DNA from: an uncultured Gemmatimonadales bacterium
Lineage (GTDB): Bacteria; Gemmatimonadota; Gemmatimonadetes; Gemmatimonadales; GWC2-71-9
Reading direction: 5' to 3'
DNA: 64,000 nt
Assembly (NCBI GenBank): GCA_963825055.1
Contig: CAWGSK010000012.1
Coordinates: 32,001 to 96,000, forward strand
Each line of letters begins with the position of its first letter. Positions within the stretch are counted from its first letter, which is position 1. The position numbers and the translations under genes were made by a program. Below the pieces are notes generated by a model that saw nothing but the letters and a program-made list of their open reading frames with translations, was not told the origin of the DNA and made no database searches. Below, in pieces: positions 31,378 through 40,084 of this stretch.

Positions 31378-32043
31378 GTGGTCTCGTTGCTGGACATCAT
31401 CGGCCCGGTCATGGTCGGGCCGTCTTCCTCGCATACGGCAGGCGCCTGCCGGCTGGGGCTGTTCGCCCGTGGACTGGTGGGGGGCCAGCCAGAACAGGCG
31501 AAAGTGGAGCTCCACGGCAGCTTCGCCCGGACCGGCCAGGGCCACGGCACCGACCGGGCCATCGCGGGCGGGCTCCTCGGCTTCCTGCCGGACGACGAGC
31601 GGCTGCGCGAGAGCCTGGCCCTGGCCGGCGCCGCCGGGCTCGAGGTCACGTTCGGCAACGTGAAGCTCCGCGGCGAGCCGCACCCGAATACGGCCCGCCT
31701 CACGGTGACCCGGGACAACCAGACCGCGGTCATGGTCGGTTCCAGCATCGGGGCGGGACGCATCGTCATCACGTCCATCGACGGCTTCCCGGTCGAGATC
31801 ACCGGCGCCTATCCCACCATTGTCTTCGTGGCGGCCGATACGCCGGGGACCGTGGCAGCGGTGAGCGCGGTCCTGGCGGGTCACGGCGGGAACATCGCCA
31901 CCATGCGGGTGTCGCGCCGGGCACGCGGGGGGGACGCCATCCACATCTATGAACTCGACAGCACACCCGGCGAGGCGGCCCTGCAGGCGATCGGCACGCT
32001 GCCCGCCGTGAAGCTGATTCGTGGCATCGAGAGGGTTTCCTGA
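31378..32043 (+). CDS. sdaAB: L-serine dehydratase, Fe-S dependent, beta subunit
   Basis: DIIGPVMVGPSSSHTAGA, GHGTDRA, HPNT, C-terminal ACT domain. Confidence 0.95.
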   Translation: MVSLLDIIGPVMVGPSSSHTAGACRLGLFARGLVGGQPEQAKVELHGSFARTGQGHGTDRAIAGGLLGFLPDDERLRESLALAGAAGLEVTFGNVKLRGEPHPNTARLTVTRDNQTAVMVGSSIGAGRIVITSIDGFPVEITGAYPTIVFVAADTPGTVAAVSAVLAGHGGNIATMRVSRRARGGDAIHIYELDSTPGEAALQAIGTLPAVKLIRGIERVS

Positions 32044-32924
32044 TGTTCGACGCGCTGGAGGACGCGGTCACCGAGGCAGCAGGCCGCGGGGTCTCGCTGG
32101 GCGAGGTAGCGCTGGATGCGGAAACGCGCGACGGCCTCCGCACCCGGGCGCAGGTGGAAGAGTCCCTCGGGCGCGCCCTCGGCGTGATGCGCCACGCGGT
32201 GGAGCGCGGGCTTGCCGGTGACCTCAGGAGCGTGAGCGAGCTCGTCGGTGGCGATGCCGCCCTCCTGGCCAGCCCGAAGGGGCCGCTGGGCGGGACACTG
32301 TTTACCGATGCGCTTGCCTCGGCTCTCGCGGTGCAGGAGGTGAACGCCGCCATGGGCGTGATCGTCGCCGCGCCGACCGCGGGCGGGGCCGGTGTGCTGC
32401 CGGGGGTCCTGCTGGCGATCGGACGACGGGAACACCTGGATGATCCGACCCTTGTCCGCGGCCTCGCGGCGGCGGGGCTGGTGGGGGCCGTCGTGGCGGT
32501 GCGAGCCTCACTGTCCGGCGCGGAGGGTGGCTGTCAGGCCGAGACCGGCGCCGCGGCGGCCATGGCGGCGGCGGCGGGGATCGAGGTCCTGGGTGGAACG
32601 GCGGAGCAGGCCGCCCATGCCGTCGCCCTTACCATGCAGGGCACCCTGGGCCTCGTCTGTGATCCCCTGGGCGGGCTGGTAGAGATTCCATGCGTGTACC
32701 GGAACGCCACCGGCGCCGCCATCGCCCTGGCCGGGATCGAGATGGCCCTGGCCGGGATCACGTTCCCCATCCCCGTGGATGAAGTGATCGATACCATGGG
32801 GGAGATAGGCCGGAACATGGACATCCGGTACCGGGAGACCGCCGGCGGGGGCCTGGCCGCCACCCCGACAGGGCGACGCCTGGCCCGCGAACGACTGGTC
32901 CAGCTGAAAGGGCCGCGGCCCTAG
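32043..32924 (+). CDS. sdaAA: L-serine dehydratase, Fe-S dependent, alpha subunit
   Basis: EVNAAMG.IVAAPTAG, GAEGGCQAE, GLVCDP, IPCVYRN, ETAGGGLA. Confidence 0.95.
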   Translation: MFDALEDAVTEAAGRGVSLGEVALDAETRDGLRTRAQVEESLGRALGVMRHAVERGLAGDLRSVSELVGGDAALLASPKGPLGGTLFTDALASALAVQEVNAAMGVIVAAPTAGGAGVLPGVLLAIGRREHLDDPTLVRGLAAAGLVGAVVAVRASLSGAEGGCQAETGAAAAMAAAAGIEVLGGTAEQAAHAVALTMQGTLGLVCDPLGGLVEIPCVYRNATGAAIALAGIEMALAGITFPIPVDEVIDTMGEIGRNMDIRYRETAGGGLAATPTGRRLARERLVQLKGPRP

Positions 32925-33006
32925 CGTTCCGAGGTGAAACAAAGGCCGGTTTGTCGTCGTACGGCGTCCTGAGGCCGCAAATCGGTATCCCGACCAGGAG
33001 GGGGGC

Positions 33007-33276
33007 TTGGACGTGGAAGGTATTCTCGCTATTACGCTCATCTTCGGGGGTGGGACCCTGTTCCTGTTGTCCGTGAGCCCGGTCGGCAAGGCGTTCGCCG
33101 AGCGGATACGGTCCCACGGCGCCGTGCCGATGCAGGATCCGGCGGTGCTCGAGGAACTCGACGAACTGCGCCAGGACGTCGTCGAACTCCAGGAACGGCT
33201 CGACTTCGCCGAGCGAATGCTCGCGCAGCGTGACGCGCCCCAGATCGGTCCGGGGGCCGGAGGCAGCGGGACATGA
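33007..33276 (+). CDS. PspB-like small TM/coiled-coil protein, array copy 1
   Basis: GGAGG RBS; TM; SPVGKAFAERI; ELQERLDFAERML. Confidence 0.75.
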   Translation: MDVEGILAITLIFGGGTLFLLSVSPVGKAFAERIRSHGAVPMQDPAVLEELDELRQDVVELQERLDFAERMLAQRDAPQIGPGAGGSGT

Positions 33277-33638
33277 GCCGTCGCGACGGATCCGGCGTGC
33301 TGGTCGCCTTCACCCTGCTCGGCCTGGGCGCCATCGCGGCGTTCATCGTCGGGGCGGCGACCATCGGCGAGGACTTTGCCATCCCGGCCATGATCGCGGG
33401 CGCGGTCGTCAGCGCGATCGCCCTGCGGAGTTCGGTCGGCCGGGCGCTTGCCGAGCGGATCCGGGGGAACGAACTGGTGGATGGTGGCGCCGCTGAGGAG
33501 GAGATGCACTTCCTGCGGACGCAGATGGAGCGCATGGAAGACCGCGTACTGGAACTCGAGGAGCGGCACGATTTCACCGAGCGCCTGCTGGCCCGGCGAA
33601 GCCTCGAAGAACAAGACCTCGGGAAGGAACAGGGCTGA
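33273..33638 (+). CDS. PspB-like small TM/coiled-coil protein, array copy 2 (two TMs)
   Basis: LRSSVGRALAERI; ELEERHDFTERLL; ATGA overlap with copy 1. Confidence 0.75.
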   Translation: MSRRDGSGVLVAFTLLGLGAIAAFIVGAATIGEDFAIPAMIAGAVVSAIALRSSVGRALAERIRGNELVDGGAAEEEMHFLRTQMERMEDRVLELEERHDFTERLLARRSLEEQDLGKEQG

Positions 33639-33916
33639 TGCGGCCTGAAGAGATGGTCTTCGTGGTAGTGATGACGGCCCTGGTCGGAGGGCTCCTGATG
33701 CTGGCGCTCCGGAGTCCGCTCGCGAAGGCCCTGGCGCGCCGGATTTCCGGTGAGCCGCAGGACAGCGAGGTCCTGACCGAGGAGATCATGGCCCGGCTGG
33801 ACCAGGTCCCGGTCATGGAAGAACGCCTGCTGGAGCTGGAGGAGCGGGTCGAGTTTGCCGAGCGTCTGCTGGCGGGCGATCGTCCACAGCAGGGCCTCAC
33901 GTCTGGAGGCCGCTGA
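33638..33916 (+). CDS. PspB-like small TM/coiled-coil protein, array copy 3
   Basis: LRSPLAKALARRI; ELEERVEFAERLL; TGATG overlap. Confidence 0.75.
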   Translation: MRPEEMVFVVVMTALVGGLLMLALRSPLAKALARRISGEPQDSEVLTEEIMARLDQVPVMEERLLELEERVEFAERLLAGDRPQQGLTSGGR

Positions 33917-34212
33917 TGCCGCCGGGATTCCTGCCGCCGGATTTCTATGACACCGTGGCGGCGGTGCTCGTCATGGTGACCGTGGTGATCGGCGTGACCG
34001 TGATCCTGCGGGGCCCGATCGGTGCCGCGCTCGCGCGTCGGCTGGGTGGTCACGCCCGCGAACTTCCGGCTGAGGTGACGGAGCGGCTCGAGCGCATCGG
34101 CGAGCTCGAGGACCGCGTGATGGAGCTGGAGGAGCGGCTGGATTTCAGTGAACGGCTGCTGGCCCGGCACCAGGAGCCCCAACGGCAAGTCCGGGCACCG
34201 ACCGATGGGTGA
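33916..34212 (+). CDS. PspB-like small TM/coiled-coil protein, array copy 4
   Basis: LRGPIGAALARRL; ELEERLDFSERLL; TGATG overlap. Confidence 0.75.
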   Translation: MPPGFLPPDFYDTVAAVLVMVTVVIGVTVILRGPIGAALARRLGGHARELPAEVTERLERIGELEDRVMELEERLDFSERLLARHQEPQRQVRAPTDG

Positions 34213-34492
34213 CTTCTTCGAGTTTGCCCTGGTTGTGGTCACGTTCGTGGCGGTGGGGATCGCCGGGTACGGCGGGATTCTGCTGCTGCAGGCCTGGAGC
34301 CGGCGGTTGCAGAGCGGAGGCACCCTCGGAGCGCTCGAGGACCTGCGGGAGCGGGTTGCGGCGCTGGAGGACCGCAGCCCGCATACGGGCGAGAATGACC
34401 TCGTGGCCGAACGGCTGCTGGAACTGGAGGAGCGGGTCGAGTTCACCGAACGCCTGCTGGCGCGGCCCGCGGATCGCCAGGCCGGGGGCTGA
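34205..34492 (+). CDS. PspB-like small TM/coiled-coil protein, array copy 5
   Basis: TM; AWSRRL; ELEERVEFTERLL. Confidence 0.75.
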   Translation: MGDFFEFALVVVTFVAVGIAGYGGILLLQAWSRRLQSGGTLGALEDLRERVAALEDRSPHTGENDLVAERLLELEERVEFTERLLARPADRQAGG

Positions 34493-34571
34493 TCCCCGGC
34501 CGGGCCGGCACCTTAGATTTCCGGGACACGGTGTCCCGTTGGCGCAGTTCCCCCTGGGAGGAGTCACGACG

Positions 34572-34967
34572 ATGATCACCCGCGAGGATATCGAGTCATT
34601 CATCACTCGCCTGGACAGTGGCAGTCCGCAGACGGAGGAGATCGAGCCGAATCTGTGGGTGGTCCGCACCGAGGACGACGCCGAGATGGTCGTGCACTAC
34701 GCCCCCCCGGTGGTGATCCTCCGCTTGCGGGTCATGGAAGTGCCGGGGGACGCCGCCCGCCGGTCGGAATTATTCCGGCAGCTGCTGGAACTGAACACGC
34801 GCGACCTCGTGCACGGGTCGTACGGCCTCGAGGGCGACCACGTCGTCCTGACGGACACCCTGGACCTCGAGAACCTGGATTTCACCGAATTCGAGGCCAG
34901 CTTCGACAGCATGACCCTGGCCCTGGCCTCACACCTTGGCGCGCTGGCGCCCTACCGGGAGTCGTAA
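34572..34967 (+). CDS. CesT/YbjN-like (type III secretion chaperone fold) protein
   Basis: Acidic protein of ~131 aa; LFRQLLELN..LVHGSYGLEGDHVVL pattern; GGAG RBS; directly before pspA. Confidence 0.65.
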   Translation: MITREDIESFITRLDSGSPQTEEIEPNLWVVRTEDDAEMVVHYAPPVVILRLRVMEVPGDAARRSELFRQLLELNTRDLVHGSYGLEGDHVVLTDTLDLENLDFTEFEASFDSMTLALASHLGALAPYRES

Positions 34968-34971
34968 GCTC

Positions 34972-35736
34972 ATGGGGATCTTTGACCGTCTGTCGACCAT
35001 GCTCCGGTCGAACATCAACGACCTGATTTCCAAGGCCGAGAACCCGGAGAAGATGCTGAACCAGCTGATCCTGGACATGAAGGGACAGCTGGCCAAGGCC
35101 AAGCAGCAGGTCGCGTTCGCGATCGCGGACGAGAAGAAACTCCGGGCCGACGCCGATGCCATGAAGAAGCAGGCGGAGGACTGGGAGCGCCGGGCAATGC
35201 TGGCGGTCCAGGAGGACCGGGACGACCTGGCCAAGCAGGCGCTGATGCGCTACAACGAGGCGCTGCAGGGCGCCCAGCAGCTTCACGAGACCTGGCTCAA
35301 GAGCAAGGCCGAGACGGAGTCGCTCAAGGGCTCGCTCCGCCAGCTCAACGACAAGATCGAGGAAGCGAAGCGTAAGAAGAACATCCTTGTCGCGCGGGCG
35401 CGCCGTGCGGAGGCCCAGCAGCGCATCCAGGAAACCATGTCCGGCCTGTCCGACAAGAGCGCCTTCGAATCGTTCGAACGGATGACGGAGAAGATCGAGG
35501 CGAACGAGCGCAAGGCCATCGCCGCCGCGGAGCTGCAGGAGGAATTCTCCGGCGATTCCCTGCAGCGGCAGTTCGAGGCGCTGGAGTATCATGGCAGCGC
35601 GGACCAGCAGCTCCTCGAGCTCAAGGCCAAGATGGGCCTGATCGGGTCCGGCGGCGCCGAGGAATCCCGCCAGCTCGGCAAGGGCACCGGACAGGACGAG
35701 GACGTACAGGATGCGGAGGTGGAAGAGGAGCAGTGA
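34972..35736 (+). CDS. pspA: Phage shock protein A (PspA/IM30, bacterial ESCRT-III family)
   Basis: MGIFDRL...SNIN.LI.KAENPEKML.Q; REDLA-type motif (RDDLAKQAL); FERMTEKI; LLELKAKM. Confidence 0.93.
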   Translation: MGIFDRLSTMLRSNINDLISKAENPEKMLNQLILDMKGQLAKAKQQVAFAIADEKKLRADADAMKKQAEDWERRAMLAVQEDRDDLAKQALMRYNEALQGAQQLHETWLKSKAETESLKGSLRQLNDKIEEAKRKKNILVARARRAEAQQRIQETMSGLSDKSAFESFERMTEKIEANERKAIAAAELQEEFSGDSLQRQFEALEYHGSADQQLLELKAKMGLIGSGGAEESRQLGKGTGQDEDVQDAEVEEEQ

Positions 35737-35850
35737 ACAGTGAACAGTGAATGGTGAACGGTGGACGGTGGGCGGGAGAATGACCCGGTTTACCGTTCAC
35801 CGTTTACCGTTTACGCTTCTTCCATACCCGATACCCGATACCCCATACCC
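35731..35850. repeat. Heptamer arrays after pspA: (CAGTGAA/CGGTGAA)n, its inverted complement (TTYACCG)n, then (CSATACC)n
   Basis: Read directly; the first array includes the pspA stop codon. Confidence 0.85.
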
Positions 35851-35861
35851 GGCCTTCGCCC

Positions 35862-36944
35862 TTGTCCTCTCCCCGCTTCATCATTCTGGCCGACGGCGAT
35901 TTCGGCCCGCTGCATTCCAAGACCGCCAACTCCCTGATCCGTTACCGCCCGGAGCGCGTGCTCGCGGTGGTGGACCATGTCCATGCGGGGAGGACCTGCG
36001 ATGACGTGCTCGGCTTCGGCGGGGATACCCCCGTGGTGGCATCGATGGGCGAGGCGCTGGCGTTCGACCCCGACGCGGTGCTGGTGGGAATCGCGCCAGT
36101 GGGCGGCCGCCTGCCGGTGGCCTGGCGCGACTGGCTGGCCGCGGCCGTTGCGGCCGGCTGCGATATCTGGAGCGGTCTCCATACGTTCCTGGGCGATGAT
36201 CCGGTACTCGCCAGGGCGGCAGAAAAGGCGGGCCGTCGCATTTTCGACCTGCGCCGTCCGCCACCCGATCTCCCCGTCGCCAGCGGAAAGGCCAAGTCCA
36301 CCGCCGCCTACCGGGTGCTCACGGTCGGGACCGACTGCAACGTCGGCAAGATGACCGCGCAGCTCCAGCTGACCCGCCAGCTGAACGACCGCGGGGCGCG
36401 CACACGTTTCGTGGCCACCGGCCAGACCGGGATCCTGATCGAGGGCTGGGGGATCGCGGTGGATGCGGTGGTGGCCGACTTCATCGCCGGCGCGGCCGAG
36501 CGGATCGTCCTCCAGGGCAGCGAGGACGCCGATATTGTCATGGTGGAGGGGCAGGGCAGCATCAACCACCCGGGATACTCGGGCGTGACTCTTGGGCTGC
36601 TGCACGGGTCCTGCCCCGACGGCCTCATCCTCTGCCACCAGGCCAGCCGGAAGTTCATCGGCGACTATCGCGAGGCCGCGTGGCTCCGGATCCCGCCCCT
36701 GCAGGACTACGTGCAGTGGTATGAGAATCTCGGCAACGCGGTCCATCCCACGCGCGTCCTGGGTGTCTGCCTCAACACCTACGATCTGGACGACGCCGCG
36801 GCGCGCGCGGCCTGCGAGGCCGCCACCGCCGCCACGGGACTCCCGGCCACCGACCCGGTACGATACGATCCCGCCCCCCTGGTCGAGGCGATACTCGCGG
36901 CCCGGGCCGCCGCCCGTCCCATACCCGAAGGAGCAACCTCATGA
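35862..36944 (+). CDS. DUF1611 family P-loop protein
   Basis: SKTA..LIRY, GTDCNVGKMT, ATGQTG, EGQGS..HPGYSGVT. Confidence 0.88.
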   Translation: MSSPRFIILADGDFGPLHSKTANSLIRYRPERVLAVVDHVHAGRTCDDVLGFGGDTPVVASMGEALAFDPDAVLVGIAPVGGRLPVAWRDWLAAAVAAGCDIWSGLHTFLGDDPVLARAAEKAGRRIFDLRRPPPDLPVASGKAKSTAAYRVLTVGTDCNVGKMTAQLQLTRQLNDRGARTRFVATGQTGILIEGWGIAVDAVVADFIAGAAERIVLQGSEDADIVMVEGQGSINHPGYSGVTLGLLHGSCPDGLILCHQASRKFIGDYREAAWLRIPPLQDYVQWYENLGNAVHPTRVLGVCLNTYDLDDAAARAACEAATAATGLPATDPVRYDPAPLVEAILAARAAARPIPEGATS

Positions 36945-37405
36945 ACTGGCCGCACATTCACCTGATGGTGAACCACATTCCCATCATCGGAGCGGGCATA
37001 GCGCTTGTCGCGGTGTTGTGGGGATGGGTGGCGAAGTCGCGCGCGGTGCTGCTCTTCGCCTTCACCCTGACGGCGGCCATCGGCCTCGCCACCTATCCGG
37101 TCATGCTGACCGGGCACGAGGCCGAAGAAGCCGTGGAAGACCTCCCCTGGGCCCAGCGCCGGGTCATCCACGAGCACGAGGAGATGGGCGAGAAGGCCAA
37201 CATCGCGATGGTCGCGACCGGCGTGCTGGCACTGCTGGCGCTGTGGTTCGGCCGTGGCGGCCGCGAGTTCCGCACCGGGATGACCGGGGTCGTCGTCCTC
37301 GCGCTGGTGGTTGGGCTGGTGCTGGTGGCGCTGACCGCGCTCGATGGAGGAGAGATCCGCCATGACGAAATCCGGGATGGACCGGTGGTCGAGACCGGTT
37401 CCTGA
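36941..37405 (+). CDS. Four-TM membrane protein with conserved His (DUF2231-like)
   Basis: HLMVNHIPI, TGH.A, HE..G, GGEIRH. Confidence 0.6.
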   Translation: MNWPHIHLMVNHIPIIGAGIALVAVLWGWVAKSRAVLLFAFTLTAAIGLATYPVMLTGHEAEEAVEDLPWAQRRVIHEHEEMGEKANIAMVATGVLALLALWFGRGGREFRTGMTGVVVLALVVGLVLVALTALDGGEIRHDEIRDGPVVETGS

Positions 37406-38468
37406 AGCCGTCGGCTCCGCGCCCGCTATCGCGGGCGCAGGGCCGGCGGGGCTCGCCGCGGCCCTGACCCTGGGCCGGGCGGGATGCCCGCCGGTGGTCT
37501 ACGAGAAGCGGGCCCAGGTTGCCGGCCGGTTTCACGGCGATTTCCAGGGCATCGAGAACTACTCCACCCGGGACGACGCCCTCGAGGAGCTGGCACGGGC
37601 CGGCGTCGAACCCACCTTCGAAGTCACCCCCTTCCGGGAAGCCACGCTGTTCGGCCCGGATGGCCGTGAATGGCGATACCGCGCCTCCGCTCCCCTGTAT
37701 TACATGATCCGGCGCGGCGCCGAGTCCGGTCGTCTCGACGCAGCGCTCCTCTCCCAGGCCCTGGATCTGGGAGTGCGGGTGCGCTTTGGCTGTTCCTTCC
37801 CGGAAACGGAGCCGCGGGGGATCCTCGCGACCGGCCCGCGGGGGAGCTACGCCATCGTGGTCGGGTACATCGGCCCGACCACACTGCCCGACATGGTGCT
37901 TGCCACTCTCAACGATCGCCTCGCACCAGGCGGCTACGCCTACCTGGTTACTCACGACGGAACGGCCACGGTGGCCGCATGCCTTTTCGCCGACCTGCGC
38001 CATCACCGGGAATACCTCGAACGGACCGTAGCGTTCTTCCGTGATCGCACCGGCCTGTCGCTGGAGGGCGCCGTCCGCTTCGGCGGGACCGGGACGGTGC
38101 ATCGGCCGCGCTCGGCCGTGCGCGGCGGGTATCTCCTGGCCGGCGAAGCGGCGGGATTCCAGGACGCGCTCTGGGGGTTCGGTCTCCGTTCCGCCATGCT
38201 GAGCGGCCACCTGGCCGCCCGCGCGTTCCTTGAGGGACGGCCCGACCGGTATGACGCGCTCTGGCAGGGGCGACTCGGCGGTCTCCTCGAGACATCCATT
38301 GTGAACCGTGTTGTCTTCGGCCGGCTGGGCAACCGCGGCTACGGCGTGTTCCTCTCCCGGATGGGCCGGGCCCCCGACCCGCGTGAGTTTCTCCGCCGCC
38401 ACTATGCCCCCTCGGCCTGGAAGGGGCTCTGGTTCCGGATCCTTCAGCTGGCCGGGAAGGCGGCCTGA
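37362..38468 (+). CDS. FAD/NAD(P)-dependent oxidoreductase (geranylgeranyl reductase-like); start uncertain
   Basis: IAGAGPAGLAAA Rossmann motif; PGGYAY; LAGEAAGFQDALWGFG. Confidence 0.8.
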   Translation: MTKSGMDRWSRPVPEAVGSAPAIAGAGPAGLAAALTLGRAGCPPVVYEKRAQVAGRFHGDFQGIENYSTRDDALEELARAGVEPTFEVTPFREATLFGPDGREWRYRASAPLYYMIRRGAESGRLDAALLSQALDLGVRVRFGCSFPETEPRGILATGPRGSYAIVVGYIGPTTLPDMVLATLNDRLAPGGYAYLVTHDGTATVAACLFADLRHHREYLERTVAFFRDRTGLSLEGAVRFGGTGTVHRPRSAVRGGYLLAGEAAGFQDALWGFGLRSAMLSGHLAARAFLEGRPDRYDALWQGRLGGLLETSIVNRVVFGRLGNRGYGVFLSRMGRAPDPREFLRRHYAPSAWKGLWFRILQLAGKAA

Positions 38469-38579
38469 TCCGGGAGATCGAACCGGCGAATTCCGGCTTC
38501 ACCGGCAGGACTGCTTCCGGGGGACGGCGAGGTCACGGCAGGCGCGCATGATGGGACGTCTTCCGACCGGAGGTGTCCC

Positions 38580-39104
38580 TTGTCCGCCATCCTTGTCACT
38601 GCTCTCATCCTCCTCGCTTCCGTGACCGCCGTCCCCGCATGGGCCCAGCGTCGCGGGGCGTGGCCGGAGCCCTGGAGCCCCGCGCCACAGGCCACTTTCC
38701 CGTTCCCGCCCGACACCGGGCATGAACCCGCCCATGGCTCTGGACTCGTCCTCGGCGGCGTCGCAGGGTTCTTCGCGACCGCGGCGCTCTCCCGGGCGGC
38801 CTATGAGGTGGCCGGCGGCCGCCGCATCTGCGGCGATGACTCCTGCGGGCTGGCGGCCGGGCTCAGCACCTTCTTTGTGGCCGAACCTTTCCTCATTCCT
38901 GCCGGCGTGCACCTGGCCAACCAGCGGAAAGGGAGCTACACCACGGCGGCGGGTATGTCCGCGGTAATCTGGTTCGGGGGCCTGATGCTCGGCTCGAAGG
39001 CCGATGTGCCGGGGGAGTACATCCTGGCACTGCCCGTGGCGCAGATCGCCGCGAGCGTAATCATCATCGACCGCACGGCCCGGGGCGCGCATGAACCCCG
39101 TTGA
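38580..39104 (+). CDS. Hypothetical exported/membrane protein
   Basis: GGAGG RBS, signal peptide (AWA), hydrophobic Gly-rich helices. Confidence 0.5.
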   Translation: MSAILVTALILLASVTAVPAWAQRRGAWPEPWSPAPQATFPFPPDTGHEPAHGSGLVLGGVAGFFATAALSRAAYEVAGGRRICGDDSCGLAAGLSTFFVAEPFLIPAGVHLANQRKGSYTTAAGMSAVIWFGGLMLGSKADVPGEYILALPVAQIAASVIIIDRTARGAHEPR

Positions 39105-40084
39105 CCCCGTCCGGCGGCCCGCCGTACTTTCCCGCGCTGGCATTCCCCGGAGAAACGAGGTTGGCCGTGGTGCTGTCGTTGCGGGAGTTCGTCGACCAGG
39201 TCGCACGGTTCTTCCATCTCGAGTCCGCCGTGCTCCTCAAGGGTGCCATCCAGATCGTCCTGATCTGGCTGGGCGCCTGGCTGTTCATCCTGTTTGTCCG
39301 CTTCCTTGCGCGGCGGATACTGAATGCGGTGGACGACGGCGACGACTCCACCCTGACCGCGCGGGAGAAGCGCGGCCAGACCGTCGCCCAGCTCCTGCGG
39401 AGCGTGGGGCGGGTGGTCGCGGTGCTCACCGCGGTGATCTTCACGCTCGACGTCTTCATCGACGTCACGCCCATCCTGGCCGGTGCCGGCATCATCGGCC
39501 TGGCGATCTCCTTCGGTGCCCAGAGCCTGGTCAAGGACATCCTCTCCGGTTTCTTCATCCTCCTCGAGGGGCAATTCGCGGTCGGTGACATCATCGAGGT
39601 CGCCGGAAGGTCTGGTGTGGTTGAGCGCATGACCATGCGCGTGGTTCAGATCCGCGACCTCGAGGGTGTCCTCCATACCGTCCCGAACGGCGAGATCACC
39701 ACCGTCAGCAACAAGACCCGCGGCTGGTCGCGGGCGCTGCTCGAGATCGGCGTGGCCTACGGCGAGAAGGTGGACGACGTGCTGACAGTCTTCGCCGACG
39801 AGGCGAAGCGGATGGCGGCGGATGCCCACTGGGCCCTGCGTCTCGATGGCGCCCCGGAGGTGGCCGGCGTCACGGACCTGGCCGACAGTTCGGTGGTGGT
39901 GCGGACGCTGTTCCGTACGGTGCCGGGCGCGCAGTGGGAAGTGGGCCGGGAGTTCCGCCGCCGGATCAAGAACCGCCTCGACGCCGAGGGAATGGAGATC
40001 CCCTTCCCGCAGCGCACGCTGCACCTCCGGGTGGATGACCAGCGGATCGCCGAGGCGCTGCCGCGGCGGGCGGGGGAGAGCTGA
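39101..40084 (+). CDS. Small-conductance mechanosensitive channel (MscS family); start uncertain
   Basis: GLAISFGAQSLVKD..SGFFILLE.QF.VGD, G.VE, VPNG, IPFPQ. Confidence 0.92.
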   Translation: MTPSGGPPYFPALAFPGETRLAVVLSLREFVDQVARFFHLESAVLLKGAIQIVLIWLGAWLFILFVRFLARRILNAVDDGDDSTLTAREKRGQTVAQLLRSVGRVVAVLTAVIFTLDVFIDVTPILAGAGIIGLAISFGAQSLVKDILSGFFILLEGQFAVGDIIEVAGRSGVVERMTMRVVQIRDLEGVLHTVPNGEITTVSNKTRGWSRALLEIGVAYGEKVDDVLTVFADEAKRMAADAHWALRLDGAPEVAGVTDLADSSVVVRTLFRTVPGAQWEVGREFRRRIKNRLDAEGMEIPFPQRTLHLRVDDQRIAEALPRRAGES

